Positions 1-10,266 of a DNA stretch of 64,000 nt are shown piece by piece. The position numbers were made by a program, and so were the translations under genes. Numbering within the stretch: the first letter of the stretch is position 1; every line of letters begins with the position of its first letter. Origin of the DNA: a virus. Lineage: Duplodnaviria > Caudoviricetes. Location: IMG/VR virus record IMGVR_UViG_3300027917_004314; one strand, given 5' to 3'. The notes under the pieces were generated by a model. It worked only from the letters and a program-made list of their open reading frames with translations, had not been told where the DNA came from and did no database searches.

Positions 1-300
1 CCAGTAACCAAAAAAACTTTTCGTCTGGTGAATGATTCTGATCAAGCTGCTACAACATATCGAATAGTTGTAGGGATTTGGGGAGAGACTGGTGATACCG
101 CAAGGTGTACGTTTGTAGTAGATAGCACTAGTAATTATGCAGAGACTACTGCGACTTCGGAAACTATTAAGTCAATTGAGGTTACTGCAACTGCCACTGA
201 AGACGACCCTATGACGGTAAATATTCAGTTATCCAGATCAGTGGGCAGCACAGACGATGTACATATAAAATATACAGATGTTTATGCAATTTTCTCATAA
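1..300 (+). CDS. 5'-truncated hypothetical protein, probably virion-associated
   Basis: Frame is open from base 1 (CCA GTA ACC...) to TAA at 298-300; Thr/Val/Ser-rich beta-type composition; next to the Gly-rich gene. Confidence 0.6.
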   Translation, partial: PVTKKTFRLVNDSDQAATTYRIVVGIWGETGDTARCTFVVDSTSNYAETTATSETIKSIEVTATATEDDPMTVNIQLSRSVGSTDDVHIKYTDVYAIFS

Positions 301-317
301 TAGGAGGTAGTTCAAAT

Positions 318-1436
318 ATGGCTTGGACAGCAACTGGAGGTGGAGACCATGGTGGGGATGATTGGATTATAACCGTTCCAACGGACGTTGGAGGAACACA
401 TACCGGCGTTGGAATTTTTAGACTGCAAGCAGCTATTACTGTCATATCAAGTTTTTCTATATCGTGTGTCGAAATGCAAAAGACCGGCACTCCATGGTCA
501 ACTAGCGGTGTCGTTACTGTCACTGCCACCAGATCAATTGATATATATAGACATTCATCAAACGGTGGCAATGGTAGTAACGGAGCCTATGCCGGTGGAA
601 CTGCTGGCGCAAGTGGTGGTAGTGGCGGAACTGGCTCGCCAGGTGGTGAGTGTGGCGAATGTTGTAACGGTAATACTGGTGGTCTTGGAGGCCCTGGTCT
701 TAACGGCGGTGGCGACACTCCAGCTGGAAATGGTGGTGTGGGGGGTAGCGGAACTGCCGGTGGTTCTGGTAGCAACATCACACTAACTGCAGTTAAGATC
801 AGCTATGACACTCTATCTTGTTCTGGCGGTTCTGGCGGCAATGGTGGAAGCGCGCCAGGCGGTTATGGTGGTTCTGGCGGCAATGGCGGCAATGGTGGTA
901 CTGGTGGAGATGCAGAAGATATTGGATGTCCTGGCACGCCGTTCGACGGTGGCGATGGTGGGCAGGGTGGAGATGGCGGCAATGGCGGGCAGGGTGGCAA
1001 TGGTGGCTATGGCGGCAATGGCGGTTCTGGCGGCAATGGCGGCAATATTACTTTACGCCATGGACTCCCCGCTAGCACCTACTTAAATGTAGTTGTCGGT
1101 TATTACAATAATGGTGGGTCCGGTGGTAGCGCAGGTACTGCAAGTGCTGGCAGTGGCGGTGCCCTTGGTTTAGGAGGATATGGTGGCTCCGGTGGCAGTG
1201 GCATTAATGGAGGCTCTAACGGAAATACTGGAGCACAAGGTACCAACGGAAATAACGGTTCTTCTGGTAGTCCGGGCTATGGTGGGAGTCCAGGTGGTAG
1301 TGGTAGCAATGGAACATACAGAGATAGCGAGTGGACAGGACCAGGTGGTCCAACTGAAACAGTTGCTATGGACGGACGCGCTATTTATCAAGAAGGTGGG
1401 TCTTATGTACAACGTTTTAGGACATCCTTTTTCTAA
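318..1436 (+). CDS. Glycine-rich (GGxGGxGG repeat) protein, probable tail fibre/adhesin-type virion protein
   Basis: AGGAGG RBS; long [13 protein letters not shown] runs between non-repetitive N- and C-terminal parts. Confidence 0.7.
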   Translation: MAWTATGGGDHGGDDWIITVPTDVGGTHTGVGIFRLQAAITVISSFSISCVEMQKTGTPWSTSGVVTVTATRSIDIYRHSSNGGNGSNGAYAGGTAGASGGSGGTGSPGGECGECCNGNTGGLGGPGLNGGGDTPAGNGGVGGSGTAGGSGSNITLTAVKISYDTLSCSGGSGGNGGSAPGGYGGSGGNGGNGGTGGDAEDIGCPGTPFDGGDGGQGGDGGNGGQGGNGGYGGNGGSGGNGGNITLRHGLPASTYLNVVVGYYNNGGSGGSAGTASAGSGGALGLGGYGGSGGSGINGGSNGNTGAQGTNGNNGSSGSPGYGGSPGGSGSNGTYRDSEWTGPGGPTETVAMDGRAIYQEGGSYVQRFRTSFF

Positions 1437-1457
1437 GATTAAAGTAATAAGTTTTAT

Positions 1458-1488
1458 AAAGGGAGAGCAGAAATGCTCTCCCTTTTTT
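1458..1488 (+). terminator. Rho-independent terminator
   Basis: GGGAGAGCA-GAAA-TGCTCTCCC perfect 9-bp stem (1461-1482) followed by TTTTTT and preceded by AAA. Confidence 0.9.
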
Positions 1489-1570
1489 CTGTAAATAAGA
1501 TAGCAGATGTGCACCTTAAATCTATTAATAAAATTTCATTATTGTGTCAGTTTTCTTTAGGAGATGGAGT

Positions 1571-1792
1571 ATGGATGAAAAATTAAGTAAAAACAGCAAT
1601 ATACGTAAGCAAATTAACATCCGTTTAGAAAAGGAACTCTATGATTTTCTCGTACAGTATTCAAGAGACAATTATAAAACGGTAACCGCAACGGTTCGTG
1701 AAATGATAGCTGCTCTATATAAAGAGCATAAACAGCCAGTCGTGGTTAATGAGCGTGGTGAGATAGTACCAGTTAATAAAAAAGGAAGATAA
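1571..1792 (+). CDS. Ribbon-helix-helix (Arc/CopG/MetJ-like) DNA-binding protein
   Basis: KQINIRLEKELYDFLVQYSRDNYKTVTATVREMI fits the RHH strand-helix-helix pattern; GGAG just before ATG 1571 (ORF track starts at 1544). Confidence 0.7.
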   Translation: MDEKLSKNSNIRKQINIRLEKELYDFLVQYSRDNYKTVTATVREMIAALYKEHKQPVVVNERGEIVPVNKKGR

Positions 1793-1794
1793 AT

Positions 1795-4700
1795 ATGAAA
1801 ATTAGAGTTCACGGGATGTTAGGAACTTATCACTCATGGTCGCTAACTACACAGGCTTTAGTACGTGCTATGGTAAAGATCGGCGGCCATGAAATATTCC
1901 TAAAATCTACAAACAATCTAGAGAACTTTCCAGAAGATTTGAAAGATTTGTTGCTTCCGGGATATCATGGTGCCCTAGTTCAAGGGGATGCTAATTATAT
2001 TGATGGGCAAGGCAATGAAATAACAATTACGCCGAAAAATAGAGAACCGGAAATCAGAGACTTAAACAGGCCTTATGATTTGGAATTTTGTTATACGATC
2101 CCCTACCAACATCCAAGACGATTTTATCCAGAATCAAGGTGTAGGGCCGTTGTATGGAACTTTGAAAGCTCTATTTTACCACCTGGCTGGCATTATTATT
2201 CCAGAGCAGTCGACTATATGCTTCCATCTAGCCAATTTTCATACGACATATTCGCTCAAAATGGTATACCAGAAGAAAAACTTGTTGTGGTGCCACACGG
2301 TGTAGACACCAACATATTTAATCCTGATATTCCTCCGTTCAAGTTAAAGACTAAGAAACGGGTGAAATTATTACATAATGCTATTCCACATCACAGAAAG
2401 CTACATGAAAGGGTTATTAAAGGATATATCGATACGTTTACTGGCAATGACGATGTATGCTTAGTGCTCAAAACAAAATTTGTGAAGCCACCCAAGGAAA
2501 AGCCGTTTGAAGTAGATGTTAAAGAAATTCTTACCAAAGCTTTGCAGGGAAAAAGAAACCCACCAGAAATCGAAGTAATTAATGACAAATTTATTTCAAA
2601 TATAGGGTCTCTTTATACTGCCTGTGATGCTGTAGTTAGTATGAGTTCCACTGAAGGGTTTTGCCTGTTGCCAGGTACGCCCGTGGATACAATTTATGGC
2701 ACAGAGTCAATAGAAAATTTATCAACAATAGATCAGGTTTATACTCACCTTGGAAACGCAAAATATATTTCATCGGTAATGAGCCGTAATATTGACGAGG
2801 AAATTGTAAAGATGAGACGTCATGGCTGTGATGATTATTTTTGCGGTACGATCAACCATCCTCATTTGGTAGTGAAAAGAAAAAACAAGAAATTTTCTAC
2901 GTTAAAAAAAGACATGAGAGAAGGAAAACTTGAAACACAATGGGTTGGTTTAAAAGACGTGGAAAAAGGAGATTTAGTGGTTATTGCTAAGCCTAAATTA
3001 AATTTTCCGCCCCAAACAACAATAGATTTAAAAGATCATCTGCTTTGGTCAACTTTTGAAGAAAAAAACGGCAAAATTTGGCTGAAAGGAAGTTTTAAAA
3101 AAAGCAGTGGAAATAGTTCTCTGCGCGAAATAGCAAAACGTGCGGGTTGTTCTATTCAACATGCGTCGCAAGTGGTAAATGTGGGCACACATTCTAATAC
3201 CGATTTTAACAAAAATATAATTAAAATAGCAAAAGAGCTTAAATATGTAAAACCACAGCCAATTAAGTTCAATCGGTTTATTAAAATTGACAGTGTATTG
3301 GCCCAATTTTTTGGGTTATATATAGCAGAAGGCTCGGTTTCCGGCCTGAACGCGAAATCTTTTAACATAAATTTGCACGATGATGAAAATTATGGGAAGG
3401 ATTTAGTTAGATCCATATGTAAGCGTTTTGATATGCCGTTTTGTGAAATTAAATATGGAAAAAAATACCAACTTTCTGGGTCAAGTCACATTTTTTCCAT
3501 ACTACTCTCTCGCTTATTTGGTTCTAACGCACTTAACAAAATGATACCGTTTGCTATGTTAAACACTTCTTTTATTAAAGATATTATTCATGGCATATTT
3601 TATGGCGATGGAAGCGCGTCCAGAGGAAAATATTCATTTTCAACGTCTTCTCGCACATTGCGCGACCAAATTTTTCAAGTACTTTTGCACCATGGCATTT
3701 TTTCTAATTTAAGAACAGACAGACGTAGGGAACATGAAAACTACATAATAGAAATAGCTAGCACCTATAACGAAAAATTCAGTGACTTTGCAAATCCAGT
3801 AAAATACACTAAAAAAATAAAATTATTGAATACAAACAAAAACAGTGCAATAATTGAGGGTCGTGACCATTTCCTAGTTCCAGTCAGAGATGTTTATAAA
3901 GAGCACCACAAAGGTACAGTATATAACTTGGAAGTGGAAGATGACTCAACTTTCAATTCCTTAGGTATGAGCACACACAACTGTCTCCCTCTCCTCGAAG
4001 CTCTGGCGTGCGAAAAACTAATAATTGCCCCCAGACACGGCGGCCAACTCGATTTTCTTAACGACGAAAATTCTATACTAGTAGACACAGGTGAAATGCA
4101 GGCTCCCGCAACCATGCAGTATTGGGGTTATATGAAAGGCGCCGTTGTAGGCGATCCAGATATAGAACATTACAAGGAAATGTTAAAACACGTATATGAC
4201 AATCTTGACGAAGAAAAAAATAGAATACGTGAACCGGCTAAGAAAACCGTGAACAAGTTCACCTGGGAAGCTGCCGCGCAAATGATTTTGGATCTCCCAA
4301 TACCCGAAAAAAGTTTTAAGCTTCATAGCAAAAAAAGAGTTCTATATATAGTTCCATATAAGATGGTTGGTGGTGGGGAAGTGTGGATTAGAGAAGCCAT
4401 ATCCAGGTTAGATAGAGCAAAATATGAGCCACATGTGGCCTTGGTTTCGGGCTCGTCGCCCGAATTAGAAAAGCTGTTTGAAGGATTGGGCATAACCATA
4501 GAAGATTTATCTAACAATCTAACAAAAGATGGTGCTTTAAAGTGCTTAATAGAAGCCGGCAACTACGATATTATTCATTTTTATAATAGTGTTGGCGTGT
4601 ATAGAATAATACGAGAAGCGTGTCGTCAAATGGGGTTTCGTGGTCGTGTCGTAGAAACCGTACACAGTGAATTATTGTGGGCTGATTCTATGTCTAAAGT

Positions 4701-5400
4701 GTCCTCACGCGAGCAATTTGTTAGTGTTATTGCGGCTGTATCAAACGCTATGGCACGGAAACTTCTAAGCATGGGCAACAAAAATGTGGTATCTATGCCC
4801 CAACATGTAGATTGGAACAGGTTTCTTAATCTTGAAAGATCTAAAGATATTTTAGAAAAACACAGCATTCCAAAAAATTTTGTTGTAGGTTTTGTTGGCA
4901 GATTGTCCCCAGAAAAAAACATACCGGCTTTACTAGAGTGCGCTAGAATACTTCGCGACGTGTCTTTTGTTGTGATCGGAGACGGGCCTCAAAAAGAGCC
5001 TCTTAGCCAGATAGCCAGAGAGCTAAAGAATGTTTTCTTTATGGGCCGAAGGACAGATTTAGAACGCTGGTACCCAGCATTTGATCTGCTAATGTTGCCT
5101 TCAACAATGGAAGGTATGCCATTAGTGGTATTAGAAGCCATGGCTTCGGGAACACCAGTTGTGGCGTCAGACGTCGGCGCAATGTCGGAAGTTGTTTTAG
5201 ATGGCATTACCGGTAGTTTGGTGTGGAACCCAAAGAATCCGGTTTTATTTGCTAATGTGATTAAATCCTTTAAAACAAATAGCGTCTTGTGGAATAGGTG
5301 CTCTGCTAACGCTAGAATGGTGGCTGCATCTCTCAGAGAAAAATCTAATGGATTTAATATAAATCATCTTTATAGAATGCTTGAAGGAGGGGGCAACTAA
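1795..5400 (+). CDS. Tandem GT4 (GT-B) glycosyltransferase, two GT4 units, interrupted by an intein
   Basis: PHGVD, STEGF|CLPLLEALAC in the first unit; GFVGRLSPEKN, EGMPLVVLEAMASGTPVVASDVG in the second. Confidence 0.9.
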   Translation: MKIRVHGMLGTYHSWSLTTQALVRAMVKIGGHEIFLKSTNNLENFPEDLKDLLLPGYHGALVQGDANYIDGQGNEITITPKNREPEIRDLNRPYDLEFCYTIPYQHPRRFYPESRCRAVVWNFESSILPPGWHYYSRAVDYMLPSSQFSYDIFAQNGIPEEKLVVVPHGVDTNIFNPDIPPFKLKTKKRVKLLHNAIPHHRKLHERVIKGYIDTFTGNDDVCLVLKTKFVKPPKEKPFEVDVKEILTKALQGKRNPPEIEVINDKFISNIGSLYTACDAVVSMSSTEGFCLLPGTPVDTIYGTESIENLSTIDQVYTHLGNAKYISSVMSRNIDEEIVKMRRHGCDDYFCGTINHPHLVVKRKNKKFSTLKKDMREGKLETQWVGLKDVEKGDLVVIAKPKLNFPPQTTIDLKDHLLWSTFEEKNGKIWLKGSFKKSSGNSSLREIAKRAGCSIQHASQVVNVGTHSNTDFNKNIIKIAKELKYVKPQPIKFNRFIKIDSVLAQFFGLYIAEGSVSGLNAKSFNINLHDDENYGKDLVRSICKRFDMPFCEIKYGKKYQLSGSSHIFSILLSRLFGSNALNKMIPFAMLNTSFIKDIIHGIFYGDGSASRGKYSFSTSSRTLRDQIFQVLLHHGIFSNLRTDRRREHENYIIEIASTYNEKFSDFANPVKYTKKIKLLNTNKNSAIIEGRDHFLVPVRDVYKEHHKGTVYNLEVEDDSTFNSLGMSTHNCLPLLEALACEKLIIAPRHGGQLDFLNDENSILVDTGEMQAPATMQYWGYMKGAVVGDPDIEHYKEMLKHVYDNLDEEKNRIREPAKKTVNKFTWEAAAQMILDLPIPEKSFKLHSKKRVLYIVPYKMVGGGEVWIREAISRLDRAKYEPHVALVSGSSPELEKLFEGLGITIEDLSNNLTKDGALKCLIEAGNYDIIHFYNSVGVYRIIREACRQMGFRGRVVETVHSELLWADSMSKVSSREQFVSVIAAVSNAMARKLLSMGNKNVVSMPQHVDWNRFLNLERSKDILEKHSIPKNFVVGFVGRLSPEKNIPALLECARILRDVSFVVIGDGPQKEPLSQIARELKNVFFMGRRTDLERWYPAFDLLMLPSTMEGMPLVVLEAMASGTPVVASDVGAMSEVVLDGITGSLVWNPKNPVLFANVIKSFKTNSVLWNRCSANARMVAASLREKSNGFNINHLYRMLEGGGN
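2662..3981 (+). mobile_element. Intein (440 aa) with LAGLIDADG homing endonuclease, inside the GT4 gene
   Basis: Starts CLLPGTPV, ends ...VYNLEVEDDSTFNSLGMSTHN followed by Cys+1; LAQFFGLYIAEGS and IIHGIFYGDGS blocks; excision restores EGFCLPLLEA. Confidence 0.92.
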
Positions 5401-5404
5401 TTGA

Positions 5405-6934
5405 ATGGAAATTTTACAGCCTTCATGGAGAGGCAGATCTACGAACATAAGGAAAGACGCTAATGGTAGAAAATATACAGCAATGGTCGGCAAAAATTCG
5501 TTGTTGTATATTCCCATTCATGTTAAAGAAAAGTCCAATTACCGGGTTACCATAGAGCTATGCCGAGAAAGCGGCAACGGTATTGTTTTTTGTAATATAT
5601 ACGGTAACAAAAATTTTGACTTTCCTGCTAAGAAAATAGAGTGCAACGACGAGAATTGGTGCACATATGATATAGATATTGAAACAAAGTCCTTTCCTAA
5701 AACGGTACCAATGATGTTTAGGATATGGAGACCAGATAATGGCACTGGTACTGTGTTGATAAGAAAAGTTATTGTGGAGCTTTTAGAAAATAAAGTTGCT
5801 ACTGACGGAGACCCAATAATAGTGTCGACAGAAAATGTTGTGCCAATGCAACGCAATATAAGGCGCCATGTAAAATCAAATGCAAAACATGGCACCGGGG
5901 CGAGACCAAGGTCTAAAGTTAGGTCTGGGAATCGTAAACTTGGAACGCCACCTCATCAAATTGCTAGGGGATCACCGCACAGGAGAAAGCCAAGGCGACC
6001 AAAAGAAATTAAACCAATACTCCCTATTGGTAAGTTTATGCCAGAAGTAGACGAGTTGACTGCTGGAGAAGATGGAATTAAAAATTCTGTTATTATATCA
6101 ATTAGCAACAGGAGAGAGTTTTTCGACAGGACTCTGCTCACTTATGCCAAACAAACCATGCGCAAAGAAGAGTTTGAGTTGGTCGTCGTAGACGACGGCA
6201 GCACTGAAGATATTCTTGGGTTGTGTAAACAACATGCAAAAAAGTCTGGCCTACAGTTTCAATACATTAGAGCCGATTCAAACAGGGGCACGGTGCCACA
6301 ACGTGGATGGACGCCAGCTCTCACAAATAACATAGGGTTTCGGAAAGCTCGCGGTTCTGTGTTTATTATAACTGGGCCAGAGACCCTGCAGCGCGAAACA
6401 AACATGGAGAGAACGTGGTATGTGTGTCATGACCCTGTGTGTATATATGGGATAGTTTATAAATCTGATGCATCTTTTGTTGATGCAATTAGAAACAATT
6501 CCAGGTGGGTTGGATATGAGCATTTTACACACCTTATACGCAAATATACAACAAACCTAGAGCGACCTTCAACTGGCGGATTTTGGTGGTATTATGCGGC
6601 AACTAGAAAAGAATACATTATGACAGTCCGTGGCGTTGATGAAAGGTTTATGTTGGGCATAACTGCTGAAGACGATGATTTTGCAGAACGTATGAGATTT
6701 TTAGGGTTGAAGCTCGCACATGATTTCGAAATAATAGGAATACATCAAAATCACTCGCGTGAAGACAGAACATCTACAACACACGGATGGCGCTTTAATG
6801 AAACCAAATGGCGCAATATGCGAGCCCACAATATGAAACTTTTATATGATCGAAAAAGATCTGGTGATCCAATCGTCAATAAAGGCATTGACTGGGGGAC
6901 AGACATAGCGATATTGGATATGGAGGTGTTTTAA
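5405..6934 (+). CDS. GT2-family glycosyltransferase with an N-terminal beta-rich domain and a basic linker
   Basis: C-half SVIISISNR...ELVVVDDGS, AEDDDF; R/K/P-rich linker. Confidence 0.8.
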   Translation: MEILQPSWRGRSTNIRKDANGRKYTAMVGKNSLLYIPIHVKEKSNYRVTIELCRESGNGIVFCNIYGNKNFDFPAKKIECNDENWCTYDIDIETKSFPKTVPMMFRIWRPDNGTGTVLIRKVIVELLENKVATDGDPIIVSTENVVPMQRNIRRHVKSNAKHGTGARPRSKVRSGNRKLGTPPHQIARGSPHRRKPRRPKEIKPILPIGKFMPEVDELTAGEDGIKNSVIISISNRREFFDRTLLTYAKQTMRKEEFELVVVDDGSTEDILGLCKQHAKKSGLQFQYIRADSNRGTVPQRGWTPALTNNIGFRKARGSVFIITGPETLQRETNMERTWYVCHDPVCIYGIVYKSDASFVDAIRNNSRWVGYEHFTHLIRKYTTNLERPSTGGFWWYYAATRKEYIMTVRGVDERFMLGITAEDDDFAERMRFLGLKLAHDFEIIGIHQNHSREDRTSTTHGWRFNETKWRNMRAHNMKLLYDRKRSGDPIVNKGIDWGTDIAILDMEVF

Positions 6935-7779
6935 TGTCTGCTATTTGTATGCTTTTTAATGGTGGCATGTATGCAATAGAAGGCTGGGTGTGTCACTACA
7001 CTCTGCACCAACTAGATCCCGATCTCAAGGTGTATCTATTATGTATAGATAATGAAGTATTGGAAAAGGCAAAAACGCTGGTGGATAAAGGTGTTGTGCC
7101 AATTTCATTGCATGATTTTGAAAAAACGTATCCGAAATTATTAAATATTAAAAATTCTAGGGCTTTGAAGGAATATATTGTCACAATGAAGCCCTTTTTG
7201 CCTGAGTACATTTTTAATAACTTTGGAGAAGAGAAGTTGATTTTTGCAGACTCGGACATTGCGTTTTGGAATGATCCGTCCGAAATTTTTGAAGAGCTAG
7301 ATAAATGTTCTTTTTGGGCTAAAGATCATGAAATTGAACCACCAAGAAGTGCTGGCCGGTTTAATGTTGGTTTGCTAGGATACAAAGATGACAACAATTG
7401 TAGAACCTGGCTTAAGTGGTGGCAAGAAAGATGTATTGAATGGTGTCAATGGAGAGCACATAACGGTAAATTTGCAGAACAGGGATATTTAAATATATTA
7501 CATGATAACCCATCAAAGTTTAACGGATTTACATCCATAAAACATCCAGGCGTTAATCTAGCTCCATGGAATATATCGAAACATACGGTATATCAAGAAG
7601 ATAATAAACTAAAGGTGGATGGACAAAACCTAATTTGTTATCACTACCATGAATTTGAAATAACGAACAGAGGTTATCATCCCACGGGCTGGAAGTTGCC
7701 GCCTGGTACTAAACAACTAATCTACGAAAAGTATTTTGGGCTGGTTCAAAAATCTATGAGTAATATTTTGTGGAGATAA
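6934..7779 (+). CDS. GT-A fold nucleotide-diphospho-sugar transferase-like protein
   Basis: FADSD DxD motif, FNVG, EQGYLN, NLAPWN, YHYH. Confidence 0.65.
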   Translation: MSAICMLFNGGMYAIEGWVCHYTLHQLDPDLKVYLLCIDNEVLEKAKTLVDKGVVPISLHDFEKTYPKLLNIKNSRALKEYIVTMKPFLPEYIFNNFGEEKLIFADSDIAFWNDPSEIFEELDKCSFWAKDHEIEPPRSAGRFNVGLLGYKDDNNCRTWLKWWQERCIEWCQWRAHNGKFAEQGYLNILHDNPSKFNGFTSIKHPGVNLAPWNISKHTVYQEDNKLKVDGQNLICYHYHEFEITNRGYHPTGWKLPPGTKQLIYEKYFGLVQKSMSNILWR

Positions 7780-7783
7780 TCCC

Positions 7784-8686
7784 ATGAAGATATCCTTTGG
7801 TATGATTGTATTTAATGGCGATTACGTATTAAACGAACTGTTGGAAACTATTTATAGTTTTGCACATGAAATTATAATTTCAGAGGGGCCGGTAAAACAC
7901 TACCAAAAACAGGGCCTAAAGGAATCAACGGATAATACCGTAGAAATTATAAAGTCTTTCCCTGACCCAGCTAATAAAATAAAGCTATTACAAAACCAAT
8001 GGGCCAATAAAGATGCCATGTGTAACGCGTTTTTAAAACACATGACAGGTGATTATGTTTGGCATGTTGATTCTGATGAGTTGTATAAGCCAGAAGATAT
8101 TGAGAAGGTAATTAAGTATTTGGAAAAAAACAAAAAAACATGTTTTTCTATGTCTTTTAAACTAGCATCATTTTATGGTGGCTTTCAAAGACAGATTTCC
8201 GGTTTCGAAGAAACATTTGAGGTACACAGAATCAAAAAAATTATTCCAGGGAGATCTAGGTGGATCACACATAGGCCGCCCACTATGCTGTGGCCGCCAA
8301 CCGGCAAAAAATGTAGGGATATGGGTCATGTTGACCATAATGTAACAGACACATGGGGCGTCAGGATTTTTCACTACTCTTTTGTTTTTCCAAAACAGGT
8401 TAAGGCGAAAACTAAATATTACTATGATCGAGATCCACGAGGCATAGTCCCAAACTATTGGGATAAACTATACGTTCCATGGATGCGTGCAACAACAGGC
8501 GAAGAAAAGCATAGAATTGAAATGCCGACCAGAGGAGTACATGTGTGGCTGCCACACAGAAGGGGTGATGCTTTTACAAAAGAATTTGATGACAAGCACC
8601 CAGCAGCAATAGAACAAGCCATACCGGCGTTAGAACAAAGAATCTTAGATGAAGGCAGAGACTTGGGTATATGGCCGCGAAAATGA
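7784..8686 (+). CDS. GT2-like glycosyltransferase
   Basis: ISFGMIVFN start, WHVDSDE motif, HYS near the C-terminus. Confidence 0.75.
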   Translation: MKISFGMIVFNGDYVLNELLETIYSFAHEIIISEGPVKHYQKQGLKESTDNTVEIIKSFPDPANKIKLLQNQWANKDAMCNAFLKHMTGDYVWHVDSDELYKPEDIEKVIKYLEKNKKTCFSMSFKLASFYGGFQRQISGFEETFEVHRIKKIIPGRSRWITHRPPTMLWPPTGKKCRDMGHVDHNVTDTWGVRIFHYSFVFPKQVKAKTKYYYDRDPRGIVPNYWDKLYVPWMRATTGEEKHRIEMPTRGVHVWLPHRRGDAFTKEFDDKHPAAIEQAIPALEQRILDEGRDLGIWPRK

Positions 8687-9609
8687 AAATATACTCAGAT
8701 AAACGCTATTTAAAAAACCTGAAACACATTAGGCCGATACTAATGCCTTTCTGGGGACATGATGAAGACCATACTGCTCCAACTGCCGGCCGTTTCGATG
8801 ATTGGATTTCAAATGGACCTAATATATTCGAAATGGTTTCATTAGAAAACGCAGATATTGTCGTATACCCAATGGACCCAACAATAGATAGGAATGGTTT
8901 CAGGAGATTTCAGGAAGACACAAAAGATAAAAAAATCGTTGCTTTTTTTAATTCAGACTCAGATGAAATTCTTTCTTATAAGGACGGTGTGTACATTTTT
9001 AGAACATCTTTTTATAAATCGACACAACGTCATTCAGAATTTGCAGTACCAGGGTGGAGTGAAGATTGGGGAGCTTTTAAGCCTAGGTCTTGGGGCGAAA
9101 AGCCTGTTGTGGGCTTTTGCGGTCAGGTCCACAGGCCACAAATTAGGGCACGCAGTTTAGCTGTGCTCGAAGCAGATAAAAAAATAGAAACACATTTTAT
9201 TAAAAAACGTGCCTTTTGGGGTGGTTGGATTGATCGTGGAAAAAAGCCGCATGATGGTAAGATGCTTCGTAATGAGTTTGTTAACAACATAAAAAATAGC
9301 GATTATACCGTATGTGCAAGAGGTGGCGGCAATTTCTCGTATAGGATTTACGAGACGCTCATGAGTGGAAGAATCCCTATTTTTATTGACACAGACTGCG
9401 TGCTTCCATATGATTTTATCGTTGACTGGAAAAAAGAATTTCTGGTTGTTCGAGATACTGATATAAATCTGTTAGGGGCCAAACTAATAGAGTTTCATAA
9501 TTCAATACGCGAGCGTTTTGAAAACCGACAAGAACATATGAGGAAACTGTGGGAACAGTGGATTTCACCAACCGGGTTTTTTACAAACTTTAATAAACAC
9601 TTTGAGTAA
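8683..9609 (+). CDS. Exostosin-family (GT47) glycosyltransferase
   Basis: SDYTVCARGGGNFSYRIYETLMSGRIPIFIDTDCVLPY; ATGA overlap supports start 8683. Confidence 0.8.
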   Translation: MKIYSDKRYLKNLKHIRPILMPFWGHDEDHTAPTAGRFDDWISNGPNIFEMVSLENADIVVYPMDPTIDRNGFRRFQEDTKDKKIVAFFNSDSDEILSYKDGVYIFRTSFYKSTQRHSEFAVPGWSEDWGAFKPRSWGEKPVVGFCGQVHRPQIRARSLAVLEADKKIETHFIKKRAFWGGWIDRGKKPHDGKMLRNEFVNNIKNSDYTVCARGGGNFSYRIYETLMSGRIPIFIDTDCVLPYDFIVDWKKEFLVVRDTDINLLGAKLIEFHNSIRERFENRQEHMRKLWEQWISPTGFFTNFNKHFE

Positions 9610-9618
9610 GGAGCTAAA

Positions 9619-10266
9619 ATGAAGGCTACGGGCGACAGCTGGAAACATGAAGAAATTCCGAAAAGGCAGTATGAGTTGACTAGCAAAGAATTAGATGATT
9701 TAAAAAATAACGAGCCACACATTGTGTGGCAAACTATTTGTGACACCATAAATGAACATATACCAAGTGAGATTAAAACGGTATTAGATTTTGGTTGTGC
9801 TTCCGGTTATTTCTACGATGTTTTTCGCCACCTGCTTAAGAACATTCTTGGATATGTTGGAGCAGATTATTCAGATGAAATGGTTAAGCTTGCACGACAA
9901 AATTATCCAGATGTTTATTTTTTTGTTGATGATGTAAGAAACATAACCCTACCAGATAAATCTCAAGATTTCGTTTTTTCTAATGCTGTTTTAGAACATG
10001 TTCCAGAATGGCGAAAGGGTTTTACAGAACTGTGTAGAATAACGTCAAAATATTTAATGCTAAGCAAGATGCCCACTGATGATGAATCTTTTAGTACCAT
10101 TGAGAAAGAAATATATGGCGGTATCCCGGTCTTTTTTAATAAATTTAACCGTTCTGATATTATCGAATTGGCACGAAACGAAGGTTTCAGCCTAGTATGC
10201 GAGAAAAAAACGCACCCGGCCGCAAACAACATATATAGAATTTTCGTTTTCAAAAGAGAGGAATAA
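9619..10266 (+). CDS. Class I SAM-dependent methyltransferase
   Basis: VLDFGCASG, GADYS, AVLEHV. Confidence 0.85.
   Translation: MKATGDSWKHEEIPKRQYELTSKELDDLKNNEPHIVWQTICDTINEHIPSEIKTVLDFGCASGYFYDVFRHLLKNILGYVGADYSDEMVKLARQNYPDVYFFVDDVRNITLPDKSQDFVFSNAVLEHVPEWRKGFTELCRITSKYLMLSKMPTDDESFSTIEKEIYGGIPVFFNKFNRSDIIELARNEGFSLVCEKKTHPAANNIYRIFVFKREE

Noticed and set aside
587-1086. Trp/Arg-rich (818-1075), Ala/Met/Val-rich (805-1086) and Pro-rich (587-781) ORFs
   Set aside because: Alternative-frame readings of the GGN glycine repeats.
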